DNA of 55,936 nt from an uncultured Oscillospiraceae bacterium (GTDB taxonomy: Bacteria; Bacillota; Clostridia; Oscillospirales; Ruminococcaceae), in NCBI GenBank assembly GCA_964458545.1, contig CAYWJF010000002.1:3504-59439 (forward strand). The letters are read 5' to 3'. Below the pieces are notes generated by a model. The model saw nothing but the letters and a program-made list of their open reading frames with translations. It was not told the origin of the DNA and searched no databases. The position numbers and the translations under genes were made by a program. Shown here piece after piece: positions 1-8,919 of the stretch; position 1 is the first letter of the stretch, and each line of letters begins with the position of its first letter.

Positions 1-20
1 GCAAAGCGTTTTTCCCAATA

Positions 21-43
21 ACAAACCGCCGTAGGCGGTTTGT
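21..43. terminator. GC-rich hairpin ACAAACCGCC-gta-GGCGGTTTGT just downstream of the minus-strand small ORF. T-rich tail only on the plus side, so it may chiefly terminate a plus-strand gene upstream of the window.
   Basis: Perfect 10-bp inverted repeat read directly; followed by TTATATTT on the + strand. Confidence 0.4.
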
Positions 44-49
44 TTATAT

Positions 50-241
50 TTAGAGCTCGAGTTCCTCGCTCCAATCGCGCATACGAAGCACGTCGATATC
101 CGCTACGCCGCCCTCCTCAAGTCCCGCTTGCGAAACGATAATACCGGGGGGAACTATCTCGGTTTCTGGCTGTGGAATAGGCGCTATTTCGGGAGGAATC
201 GCGCCGTCGTCAACCTCTTTTTTACGTTTAAAAATAGCCAT
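50..241 (-). CDS. Small hypothetical protein (63 aa), Pro/Glu-rich, no recognisable family.
   Basis: ORF track 50..283, trimmed to the internal ATG (MAIFKRKK...), which has AGGAGG 7 nt upstream on the minus strand. Confidence 0.5.
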   Translation of the reverse strand: MAIFKRKKEVDDGAIPPEIAPIPQPETEIVPPGIIVSQAGLEEGGVADIDVLRMRDWSEELEL

Positions 242-307
242 AAAAATACCTCCTTGCGTAAATAGTATTCCGCAAGGAGGCACAAATATACTTATTTAAT
301 CAAGGCT

Positions 308-1648
308 TTAGTCTTCCTCTGTCTTAGGCAAGACGCTTTCGTTCTTTGCGGCGACAAAATATTTTCGTCCGAGTAAAAGTGCAATTCCGCCAGCAAAGAA
401 AAGGATAAGAACGCTCAGTATACCGAGAGAAGAACGGTCTGTGAGAGAATAAACGAGCGAATAGAGCGCGGGACCTATAACGCAGGCAAATTTCCCGAAG
501 ATATCAAGGAAGCCGTAGTATTCGTTAGAGCGCTCTGGGGGAATAAGCTTTCCGAAGTAGGAGCGAGAGAGCGCCTGTATGCCGCCCTGCACCGTTCCGA
601 CGAGCGTTGCGAGTATCCAGAAGAGCACGGAGGAAAGGGATTTCGCCGCCTCAATGTCGCCGCCGTTAAGCTGTGCTTGTTCGATATTAAAGCCCATAAA
701 GAAGCCGAGTATCGTTATGCAGAAATATACACCGACGGCTATGGCTATCATCTTAATTCCGCCTACCTTCTTTGAAAGGTTGCCGAAGAGAATGGAGAAC
801 GGAACGGCTACTATCTGGGTTACAAGCAGCGCGAGTATCATACCTATCGTACCGAGCTCAAGCGTCGTGCCGTAGTTGGTAGCAAGACTTATTATTGTGT
901 TTACACCGTCAATATAGAAGAAGTAGGCGATAATGAAGAAGAGTATCTTCTTATCCTTAAATATATCCTTAAGGGTTTTCAGCGCGTTAGAGAATGCCGC
1001 CTTCGCAAGCTTTGACGGCGCGTCCTCAACGCTGTGTACCTGCTTTACGTTCTTTAGGAAAGGAATACTAAAGATTGTCCACCACACGACTACAATAAGT
1101 ATCGAAATCTTGTAGGAGAGTATGCTTTGTCCCATAAGAAGCATTGCGGCTATGGAGATAACGAAGGGAATGGTGCTGCCGCCTATATAGCCCATAGCGT
1201 AGCCCCATGCGGAGACGCGGTCCATACGGTCAGGCGTAGTGACGTCGGTAAGGAAGGAGTCGTAGAAAAGGCAGCTTCCCGAAAAGCCTATACGGGAGAT
1301 AATGAAGCCCACGAGCATAAGCTCCCAGCGGTCGGTAAACGCCATTGTTGCCGTGAAAACAAGACCCAAGCCGAGGAAAACGGAGAAGAGCTTTTTCTTC
1401 ATTCCCGTAAAGTCGCCTATAGCTCCGAGAAGAGGCGCGAGCACCGCGACGAGAAGGTTCGCTATTGAAACCGCGAAGCCGTAAATCTTCGTTCCCGTGT
1501 CCGTAGCGACAAGCGCAAAGTAGATGGGGAAGATGGCCGCCATAATGTTGGTCGCGTAGATAGAGTTAGCCCAATCGTACATTATCCAGCTTTTTTCAAT
1601 CTTAGTGAACTTTTTTTCGTTCTGCATATGTGGCATTTGTCCTTTCAT
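308..1648 (-). CDS. MFS transporter, UMF1/Atg22-like subfamily.
   Basis: About 12 hydrophobic segments. The N-terminal KIEKSWIMYDWANSIYATNIMAAIFPIYF is typical of UMF1-type MFS. The start among three nearby ATGs is unresolved. Confidence 0.7.
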   Translation of the reverse strand: MKGQMPHMQNEKKFTKIEKSWIMYDWANSIYATNIMAAIFPIYFALVATDTGTKIYGFAVSIANLLVAVLAPLLGAIGDFTGMKKKLFSVFLGLGLVFTATMAFTDRWELMLVGFIISRIGFSGSCLFYDSFLTDVTTPDRMDRVSAWGYAMGYIGGSTIPFVISIAAMLLMGQSILSYKISILIVVVWWTIFSIPFLKNVKQVHSVEDAPSKLAKAAFSNALKTLKDIFKDKKILFFIIAYFFYIDGVNTIISLATNYGTTLELGTIGMILALLVTQIVAVPFSILFGNLSKKVGGIKMIAIAVGVYFCITILGFFMGFNIEQAQLNGGDIEAAKSLSSVLFWILATLVGTVQGGIQALSRSYFGKLIPPERSNEYYGFLDIFGKFACVIGPALYSLVYSLTDRSSLGILSVLILFFAGGIALLLGRKYFVAAKNESVLPKTEED

Positions 1649-1793
1649 TTTTTAACTGTTCCCAAATAGACGGCATACGTTTTGTCTATTGTAAGTATTG
1701 TCTCAAATTTGAAAAACGCTGTCAACATATTTGACTATTTATAATAAAAAATATATTATATAGGGTAGTAAAAATCGGGGAGGAGTGAGCAGA

Positions 1794-3071
1794 ATGACAA
1801 AGAAAATAATTGCTGTTTTGTGCATTATTATGCTTTCGCTCGCTCTTTCTTCTTGTATGGAGCTTTCGGTCGAGGAGATGCTGACCGCGCCCGCGCTTAC
1901 CGCGGACCAAAGCTCTATTATCACGGCGCTTGAAAGCCGTTTTGAGAAATTTACGCTCTTATATCCTTCTTCTGGTGAGCGCAGGACGCCGATACAGTTT
2001 ATCGACCTCGACGGCGACAATGTCTATGAGGCTACCGTCTTTTTCACCCACCCCGTCGAGGACGTAGATACCGCGCAGCTCGCCGTGCTTGAAAAGCTCG
2101 ACGGCGTGTGGAACGTAGTGAGCGTAATAAGCGGAGCGGGCACTAAGGTAGACGGAATTAACGTATTTAGAATTACTGGCTCAAGTCGGCGCACTATGCT
2201 TGTTGAATGGTCCGCGAGCAGCGAAGAACGATTGCTTACCGCCTATGGCTATAAAGATGGAGAAATCATAGTAGAGTATGAGGATTTCTGTAGTGGGCTT
2301 GTCGTAAGCGACCTTGACGCGGACGGATATTCGGAATTTACCTATATTAAACGCGCTGGCGCGGCTGAGCCCTTTGAAATAACGGCGGTTGAGATAAACG
2401 CTGAGGGCTACAGGGTTTACGGACACCACACCTTAAACGATAACGTTATGACGTGTATGAGCTTTCTCGGCGGAAAGCTCGGCGACGGCAGAGCAGCCGT
2501 CTTTGTTGACGAAAACCTCGGTAACGATTACAAGTTCACCGACGTATTCCTATTAGAAGACGAAGCCCTTGTTAAGCTTTACGTTTCCGCTGAGGATAAG
2601 AAGAAAACGCTCGAAAGCCTTTCTATGAGAAGCGCAAGCTCACTTCCGCCGACGGCGCTCTTTTCAGGTGAAACGCTCGTTCCGTCCATCGTTGCGCCGA
2701 GAGACGATATACTACAGCCCGAGGCGTGGACCTACTGGTATTCGCTGCGCGGTGAGACGGTTGAATATTCTCTCGCTTCTTATACCGAAAGCGGCTATAT
2801 GCTTGCGCTTGTCGTTCCCGAGGATTGGCTCGGTTACGCTACTGTCGCGCGAAGCGAGAGCGAGCCGAGGCTAATCGAGGTAACCGACAGCCGCGACGGA
2901 CGGGTTATACTAAGGCTTAAAATACTGACCCTCGGCGAAAGCGACGAAACCTACGCCTTAAAGGGATACCGTATTCTTCGGCAGTCTGGCTCCTACAGAT
3001 ATTACGCGTGGGCAGACCTTCCTGAAGAAGAATTTAACTTTATAAAGAGCAACTTTGTAATACTTTATTAA
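1794..3071 (+). CDS. Lipoprotein of unknown function with FG-GAP-like DxDxDG motifs, first gene of the two-component operon.
   Basis: AGGAG lies 8 nt before ATG 1794. Signal peptide plus lipobox LALSSC. Motifs DLDGDN and DLDADG. Only a 13-nt gap to the response regulator gene. Confidence 0.65.
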   Translation: MTKKIIAVLCIIMLSLALSSCMELSVEEMLTAPALTADQSSIITALESRFEKFTLLYPSSGERRTPIQFIDLDGDNVYEATVFFTHPVEDVDTAQLAVLEKLDGVWNVVSVISGAGTKVDGINVFRITGSSRRTMLVEWSASSEERLLTAYGYKDGEIIVEYEDFCSGLVVSDLDADGYSEFTYIKRAGAAEPFEITAVEINAEGYRVYGHHTLNDNVMTCMSFLGGKLGDGRAAVFVDENLGNDYKFTDVFLLEDEALVKLYVSAEDKKKTLESLSMRSASSLPPTALFSGETLVPSIVAPRDDILQPEAWTYWYSLRGETVEYSLASYTESGYMLALVVPEDWLGYATVARSESEPRLIEVTDSRDGRVILRLKILTLGESDETYALKGYRILRQSGSYRYYAWADLPEEEFNFIKSNFVILY

Positions 3072-3084
3072 CGCGGAGGAAAAG

Positions 3085-3786
3085 ATGAAAAAGGTTCTTG
3101 TTGTAGACGACGAATACGCAATTCGCGATATGATTGTATTAAATCTCAGAATGGCGGGCTATGACGCGATAGGAGCGGAGAGCGCGGAGAAGGCGATAGA
3201 TATCTACCGCGAGGATTCAAGCGGCTTCGACGTTGCGCTGCTCGACGTTATGCTCCCGGGTGTCAGCGGGCTTGCGCTTTGTGAGACCCTTCGAAAGGAC
3301 AACGACAAGATAGGCATAATAATGCTTACCGCTCGTTCTCAAGAGGAGGATAAAATTGAGGCGCTCGCGATAGGCGCGGACGATTATGTTACTAAACCCT
3401 TCAGCACGGCTGAGCTTGTCGCGCGCGTTGACGCTATCTACCGCCGCGTTAACAGAAGTCACGGGGCTTCGCTTACACCCACGCAGAACAAGCTTGTTTG
3501 CGGCGATTTTATGCTGGACCTTACCTCCCGCGTGCTTACAAAGGGCGGTGAGCCTATTGAGATAACGCAGGTGGAGTTTCAGCTTATGGAGATGTTTTTA
3601 CGGAACGTCGGCGTAGCGCTCGACAGGGAAAAGATACTTAGCACCGTCTGGGGCGACAGCTACTTCGGCGATATCAAGATAGTGGACGTAAATATCTGCC
3701 GTCTTCGCAATAAAATTGAGGGCGGCAAGGACGACCAGAAGCATATTTTAACGGTTTGGGGCTACGGCTACAGGTTCGTAGAATAG
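3085..3786 (+). CDS. OmpR/PhoB-family response regulator (receiver + winged-helix).
   Basis: VLVVDDE, phospho-acceptor context LLDVMLPG, KPF motif, C-terminal trans_reg_C-like VWGYGYRF. RBS GGAGGA. Confidence 0.9.
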   Translation: MKKVLVVDDEYAIRDMIVLNLRMAGYDAIGAESAEKAIDIYREDSSGFDVALLDVMLPGVSGLALCETLRKDNDKIGIIMLTARSQEEDKIEALAIGADDYVTKPFSTAELVARVDAIYRRVNRSHGASLTPTQNKLVCGDFMLDLTSRVLTKGGEPIEITQVEFQLMEMFLRNVGVALDREKILSTVWGDSYFGDIKIVDVNICRLRNKIEGGKDDQKHILTVWGYGYRFVE

Positions 3787-3790
3787 TAGA

Positions 3791-5209
3791 ATGCGAAAGA
3801 AAAGGGAACGCGTCGGAAAATCGGGAATAACGCGGCGGTGGGTGTTTGTTAACCTCATTACCACCATTGTAATTCTGATAGTGGCTTCGGTCGTTATCAT
3901 TCTTTCGATGCGCTCAAGCTACGAGCTTGCCGCGCGGCAGGACCTAATCAATAAAGCGAAGATACTCGTAAACTCTATACCTATGTCCGCCACAACCGTC
4001 GAGGAGCGTATCTCGCAGGCGGTTGGACTTGTTGAGAATTTTGCCGACAAGGACAAATATGAGCTTATGCTTATAGATACTGACGGAAGAATAATCGTAA
4101 CCTCTTCGGGCTTCGCCTATGACCAGAACGAGCCGCTTGACGATTACTATCTCGCCGCGAATAACGAGGACGGAAGCGGCTGGCATATCGGCTATTCAGC
4201 AAACGACGAGCATGTTATCGCCGTGACGCAGATTATCTATGGCGCTACGGGCGAAATTGAAGCGCTTAGGCTTGTAAGCTCGCTTAAAAACGTTGACAGG
4301 CGCTTTTCAATTAATATAGGCATAGTCGCTGCCGTCTGCGTTATAATTCTTGGCTTTACCGTTATGTCGGGACTCTACTTCGTGCGCTCAATCGTTATAC
4401 CCATAAGGAACGTCAACAATACCGCTCAGCTCATTTCAAAGGGCGAATACGACGTGCGTATAAACACAAGCTACGGTGACGAGATAGGCGAGCTATGCGG
4501 CACGATAAACGATATGGCGGCTGGGTTATCTAAGGCGGACAGGATGAAGAACGAGTTTATATCAAGCGTTTCTCACGAGCTCAGAACGCCGCTTACCTCA
4601 ATTAAGGGCTGGGGCGAAACCCTAATGGCTATAGGCACTAAGGACGAGGAAAACTTCCGCAAGGGTTTAAACATTATTATTAACGAAACGGACAGGCTCT
4701 CATATATGGTCGAGGATTTACTCGACTTTTCTCGACTGCAAACGGGCGTAATAAAGCTTAGCAAGGGGATAATTGACCTGAGAAGCGAGCTTTTCGAGTC
4801 GCTTGCGACGATAGAGCAACGCGCGGCGCGCGCTGGTATAACCTTTGAGGTAACGGCTCCTGAGGAAAGGGTAATAATAGAAGCGGACAAGAACCGCCTT
4901 AAGCAGGTGTTTGCAAATATCCTCGACAACGCGGTTAAATACTCGAACCCCGGAGACAGCGTGGCGGTGGAGCTCGACGTAATAGGGCGCGACGCGTATG
5001 TGACCGTTTCCGACCACGGAGCGGGCATTCCCAAGGAGGAGCTGCCGCAGGTAACCAACCGTTTCTTTAAAGCGAGCAATTCCGTGACAGGCTCGGGAAT
5101 AGGGCTTGCGGTGGTAAAGGAGATAATGTCGCTGCACGGCGGTACGATAGATATAGTAAGCGAGCTTAGCAAGGGAACGACGGTAACGCTCGGTTTTCCC
5201 ACAAAATAA
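3791..5209 (+). CDS. Sensor histidine kinase (2 TM, extracytoplasmic loop, HAMP, HisKA, HATPase_c).
   Basis: H-box SHELRTPLTSIKGW, N-box NILDNAVKYS, G1 DHGAGIP, G2 GSGIGLAVV. Sits 4 nt after the RR stop. Confidence 0.9.
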   Translation: MRKKRERVGKSGITRRWVFVNLITTIVILIVASVVIILSMRSSYELAARQDLINKAKILVNSIPMSATTVEERISQAVGLVENFADKDKYELMLIDTDGRIIVTSSGFAYDQNEPLDDYYLAANNEDGSGWHIGYSANDEHVIAVTQIIYGATGEIEALRLVSSLKNVDRRFSINIGIVAAVCVIILGFTVMSGLYFVRSIVIPIRNVNNTAQLISKGEYDVRINTSYGDEIGELCGTINDMAAGLSKADRMKNEFISSVSHELRTPLTSIKGWGETLMAIGTKDEENFRKGLNIIINETDRLSYMVEDLLDFSRLQTGVIKLSKGIIDLRSELFESLATIEQRAARAGITFEVTAPEERVIIEADKNRLKQVFANILDNAVKYSNPGDSVAVELDVIGRDAYVTVSDHGAGIPKEELPQVTNRFFKASNSVTGSGIGLAVVKEIMSLHGGTIDIVSELSKGTTVTLGFPTK

Positions 5210-5230
5210 ATGAAAGCAAAGCTTTCATTT
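5208..5230 (+). terminator. Weak AT-rich hairpin after the kinase gene.
   Basis: AAATGAAAGC-aaa-GCTTTCATTT read directly; overlaps the stop codon. Confidence 0.35.
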
Positions 5231-5290
5231 TGGAATTTGCGTCTTTGCGCTCATAGTGAGCGCGCGTTCAATGAAAGGAATTATAAATAA

Positions 5291-6211
5291 ATGGATAAAG
5301 AAAAGTTCAAAACCTCGATAGGCGGTCAGGCGGTAATAGAAGGTATTATGATGAGAGGTCCCGAAAAGACCTGTCTTGCGGTGCGCTTGCCCGACAAAAC
5401 AATACATACCGAAACAGAGAAAACAAAGAAGAACCCCGCGGCGAAGATACCGCTTGTGCGCGGTGCGTTCGCTATGATAATAAGTCTTATCGGCGGCTAC
5501 AAGAATATAACTCGAGCGAGCGAGCTTGCTTTTCCCGATGAAGAGCCCGATAAGGTGGACGAGTTCCTTAATAAAAAGCTCGGCGACAAGGCGGGCGCCG
5601 CGGTGGGCGCCGTGGCGGGTGTGCTCGGCACGCTACTTGCGGTTGTGCTTTTTGTGCTTATTCCCACCCTTTCCACAAGAGGGCTTTCAAGCCTTTTTAC
5701 TATGTCGCCCACCCTTATGGCGGTCTGCGAGGGTTTAATTAAGCTTGTTATCTTTATCGCCTACCTCTTCGCGGTGACGCGGATAAAGGAGATACACCGC
5801 GTTTTTGAATATCACGGCGCGGAGCACAAGACCATCTTCTGCTACGAGCACGGCGAGGAGCTAACGGTAGAGAACGTACGCAAGTATTCTCGTTTTCACC
5901 CCCGTTGCGGAACAAGCTTTCTTTTTATAGTTATAATTCTCAGTATTATTATTTCCGTATTTATTTCGTGGGAAAACACCCTGCTTCGTGTGGCGGTAAA
6001 GCTACTGCTCATTCCTATAATAATGGGAATAGCCTACGAGATTTTAAAGTTCTCGGGCGCGCACGATAACTTCCTATGTAAAGCGCTCGCCGCCCTGGGG
6101 CTTCTCGTGCAGCGGCTTACCGCGTTCGAGCCTGCCGACGACCAGATTGAAGTCGCAATAGCCGCGCTTACCGAGGTGCTTCCCGCCGACGCTGACGAGG
6201 CAAAATGGTAA
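5291..6211 (+). CDS. DUF1385 (YqhQ-like) membrane protein, the usual upstream partner of prmC in Firmicutes.
   Basis: N-terminus SIGGQAVIEGIMMRGP and HGAEHK motif. Overlaps the prmC start by 7 nt. Confidence 0.7.
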   Translation: MDKEKFKTSIGGQAVIEGIMMRGPEKTCLAVRLPDKTIHTETEKTKKNPAAKIPLVRGAFAMIISLIGGYKNITRASELAFPDEEPDKVDEFLNKKLGDKAGAAVGAVAGVLGTLLAVVLFVLIPTLSTRGLSSLFTMSPTLMAVCEGLIKLVIFIAYLFAVTRIKEIHRVFEYHGAEHKTIFCYEHGEELTVENVRKYSRFHPRCGTSFLFIVIILSIIISVFISWENTLLRVAVKLLLIPIIMGIAYEILKFSGAHDNFLCKALAALGLLVQRLTAFEPADDQIEVAIAALTEVLPADADEAKW

Positions 6212-7044
6212 ACATAAGAGAAATTTACAGAAGCGAAAAAGAACGCCTTGCGAAAGCGGGGTACGACAACCAGAACGAAATTAACGTGCTTTTCACCTCC
6301 GCCTTCGGCAGACGCTACGCCGAGCTTATAGCCGACGAAGGCGAGCCCACGAAGGAGCAGATAAAGGCTTTTTCCGAGAATGTGAACCGTCGCCTTTCGG
6401 GCGAGCCACTGCAATACATAGCAGGGAAATGGGTTTTTCTTGATTTCGAGCTGTTTGTCGGTGAGGGAGTGCTTATTCCGCGCGACGAAACCGAGATAGC
6501 GGCGAGTGAGGCGATACGCCTTGCAAAGGAGTTGGAAAACCCGTCGGTTATCGACCTATGCGCGGGCACGGGCTGTATAGCCTTTGCCGTAAAGCGAGAG
6601 GTGCCGTCGGCTTCGGTCACGGCGGTGGAGCTTTACGATAAAGCGCTCGAATATCTCGAAAGGAACAAAACGGCGCTTTCACTTGACGTTAAAACAGAAA
6701 AAGCCGATATTTTTTCTTACGAGTCCGTTCTTTCGGACAGCTCAGTTGATATAGTAGTATCAAACCCGCCGTATGTAACAAGCGGCGAGTATGAGGAGAA
6801 TAAGAAAGAGCTTGAGTTTGAGCCTATGGGCGCTCTCACCGACGGCGGCGACGGACTCTCCTTCTACCGCCATATTATCCCCGGCTACAAGCGCGCGCTG
6901 AAAAAGGGCGGCTGGCTTATCTTCGAAACGGGCTGCAATCAGACGAAAGCCGTGGAAAACCTGTTTTGCCTACACGGCTACAGAAATACGGCGGTGCTCA
7001 ACGATATGTACGGCAAGCCAAGGGTAGTTATGGCGCAAAAATAG
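6205..7044 (+). CDS. prmC: Peptide chain release factor N5-glutamine methyltransferase.
   Basis: SAM motif DLCAGTGCI and NPPY motif (VSNPPYV). About 280 aa. Follows DUF1385 as in other Firmicutes. Confidence 0.85.
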   Translation: MVNIREIYRSEKERLAKAGYDNQNEINVLFTSAFGRRYAELIADEGEPTKEQIKAFSENVNRRLSGEPLQYIAGKWVFLDFELFVGEGVLIPRDETEIAASEAIRLAKELENPSVIDLCAGTGCIAFAVKREVPSASVTAVELYDKALEYLERNKTALSLDVKTEKADIFSYESVLSDSSVDIVVSNPPYVTSGEYEENKKELEFEPMGALTDGGDGLSFYRHIIPGYKRALKKGGWLIFETGCNQTKAVENLFCLHGYRNTAVLNDMYGKPRVVMAQK

Positions 7045-7047
7045 TGC

Positions 7048-7076
7048 TTGAAACACGGTAGAATATAGTGTATACT
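7048..7076 (+). promoter_or_regulatory. Sigma-A-type promoter for recA (TTGAAA-17 nt-TATACT).
   Basis: Hexamers read directly at 7048-7053 and 7071-7076. Confidence 0.45.
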
Positions 7077-7083
7077 ATGGATA

Positions 7084-7097
7084 AGAACAAGTGTTCT
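7084..7097 (+). promoter_or_regulatory. LexA/DinR operator (Cheo box) AGAACAAGTGTTCT.
   Basis: Perfect GAAC-N4-GTTC palindrome just downstream of the recA -10 element and 68 nt before the recA ATG. Confidence 0.65.
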
Positions 7098-7164
7098 TTT
7101 TGAATGGTTTTCTTTTAGAATAGGTAAAAACTTATTTCGTTACAACGAAGAGGAGAGATAAATT

Positions 7165-8271
7165 ATGGCTGACAAACACGCGGCGCTTGAAACCGCCCTC
7201 GCGCAGATTGAAAAGCAGTACGGAAAGGGCGCGGTAATGAAGCTTGGGCAGAACGTCGCAATGAACGTCGAGTCTATCTCGACGGGCTCGCTCTCGCTTG
7301 ATATTGCCCTCGGAATAGGCGGGCTTCCCCGCGGAAGAATAGTTGAAATCTTCGGACCGGAAAGCTCGGGAAAAACCACCGTCGCGCTCCACGTTGTGGC
7401 CGAGGCGCAAAAGGCGGGCGGCGAGGCCGCGTTCATCGACGTAGAGCACGCGCTCGACCCTGTATATGCCGCGGCGCTTGGCGTGAATATTGATAATCTT
7501 CTTGTTTCTCAGCCTGATACGGGCGAGCAGGCGCTCGAGATAGCCGAGGCGCTGGTGCGTTCTGGCGCTATCGACGTCATTGTAATAGACTCGGTCGCCG
7601 CTATGGTTACCCGCGCTGAAATTGAGGGCGAAATGGGCGACGCACACGTCGGCACGCAGGCGAGGCTTATGTCGCAGGCGTTAAGGAAGCTTACAAGTGT
7701 AATTGGCAAATCTGCCTGCGTCGCGATTTTCATAAACCAGCTTCGCGAAAAGATAGGCGTTATGTACGGTAACCCCGAGACCACCCCGGGCGGACGCGCA
7801 CTTAAGTTCTATTCGTCGGTGCGCCTTGACGTAAGACGTGTAGAAGCTCTTAAGAACGGCGCGGAGGTCGTGGGCAACCGCACAAAGGTAAAGGTAGTAA
7901 AGAACAAGGTCGCGCCCCCCTTTAAAGAGGCGGAGTTCGACATTATGTATGGCAAGGGTATCTCTAAGGACGGCGAGATGGTAGACCTCGCGGTTAAGCT
8001 TGATATTATAAGAAAATCCGGCGCTTGGTTCTACTACGGCGAGGAACGTCTCGGGCAGGGTAGAGACAACGTTAAGAAGTACATATCTGAAAACCCCGAT
8101 TTCGCCGCGCAGATAGAAAAGCAGGTGCGCGATAACGCCGATAAGCTGCTTCACCCGCAAAAGGCGTCGGCAAAGCTCACAGGTAAGGACGCGCCCGTAG
8201 CTGAGCCTATCCCTGTAATTATCTCTTCTGACGACGATAAACGTCCGTCAATAGATATTGAAGTGGAATAA
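7165..8271 (+). CDS. recA: Recombinase RecA.
   Basis: Walker [10 protein letters not shown], and [29 protein letters not shown]. Full-length collinear similarity to RecA. Confidence 0.97.
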   Translation: MADKHAALETALAQIEKQYGKGAVMKLGQNVAMNVESISTGSLSLDIALGIGGLPRGRIVEIFGPESSGKTTVALHVVAEAQKAGGEAAFIDVEHALDPVYAAALGVNIDNLLVSQPDTGEQALEIAEALVRSGAIDVIVIDSVAAMVTRAEIEGEMGDAHVGTQARLMSQALRKLTSVIGKSACVAIFINQLREKIGVMYGNPETTPGGRALKFYSSVRLDVRRVEALKNGAEVVGNRTKVKVVKNKVAPPFKEAEFDIMYGKGISKDGEMVDLAVKLDIIRKSGAWFYYGEERLGQGRDNVKKYISENPDFAAQIEKQVRDNADKLLHPQKASAKLTGKDAPVAEPIPVIISSDDDKRPSIDIEVE

Positions 8272-8909
8272 TGGGCGCTGAAGTAAGAATTGACAGAATA
8301 ACGGTAACAAAAAAGGGCAGATATGCCCTTTTTTGTGATGGAGAATTCCTTTTTTCTGTTGACGAGGAAACCTTTTTAAAGCATCATATAAAGGAAGGCG
8401 TAACCCTTGAACGCGAGGAGCTTGAACGGCTTCGCGCCGCGAGCGATTACTTTTCCGCCAAGAACAAGGCTCTTGAGCTTTTAGGCTATCGCGACCATTC
8501 AAAAAAGGAGCTTACCGACAAGCTGCGGCGCAGGTTTGACGAAGAGACCGCGCGGCTCGCCGTGGAAAAGATGTGCGAGCTTAGACTAATAGACGACAGA
8601 GAGTTTGCGCGTAAGCTCTGCGCCGAGCTTATCGAGCTTCGCGGGCAGAGTAAGCGCGCCGCGTCTCAAAAGCTTTACGAAAAGGGCGTCTCGCGTGAAA
8701 TATCGGAGGCGGCGCTCGCGGAATATGAGGACGACGAAACCGACGCGATACGCGAGCTTGTGAATAAGAAGTACCTTGCGAAGCTGTCCGATAAGGAGAA
8801 ACGCGCGAGCGTATATGCGGCGCTTATACGGCGCGGCTTCAGGTCGGAGAACATAAGGGAAGTATTAGACGAGCTTTCAGATAATGAGGAAAGCGAATAC
8901 TTAGAATAA
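8271..8909 (+). CDS. recX: RecA regulator RecX.
   Basis: TAATG overlap with the recA stop. About 210-aa helical-repeat protein with SKKELTDKL / REF-type repeats typical of RecX. Confidence 0.8.
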   Translation: MGAEVRIDRITVTKKGRYALFCDGEFLFSVDEETFLKHHIKEGVTLEREELERLRAASDYFSAKNKALELLGYRDHSKKELTDKLRRRFDEETARLAVEKMCELRLIDDREFARKLCAELIELRGQSKRAASQKLYEKGVSREISEAALAEYEDDETDAIRELVNKKYLAKLSDKEKRASVYAALIRRGFRSENIREVLDELSDNEESEYLE

Positions 8910-8919
8910 AGGAAGAAAG

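Noticed and set aside
6205-7044. The NPPY methyltransferase as an orphan DNA N6-adenine methylase or restriction-modification remnant.
   Set aside because: Its size, motif spacing and the conserved DUF1385-prmC context fit the release-factor glutamine methyltransferase. No restriction or specificity genes are adjacent.
7132-8160. Antisense ORFs (171, 98, 91 and 159 aa) overlapping recA.
   Set aside because: recA is unambiguous on the + strand. The antisense ORFs are frame shadows with no RBS or family features.
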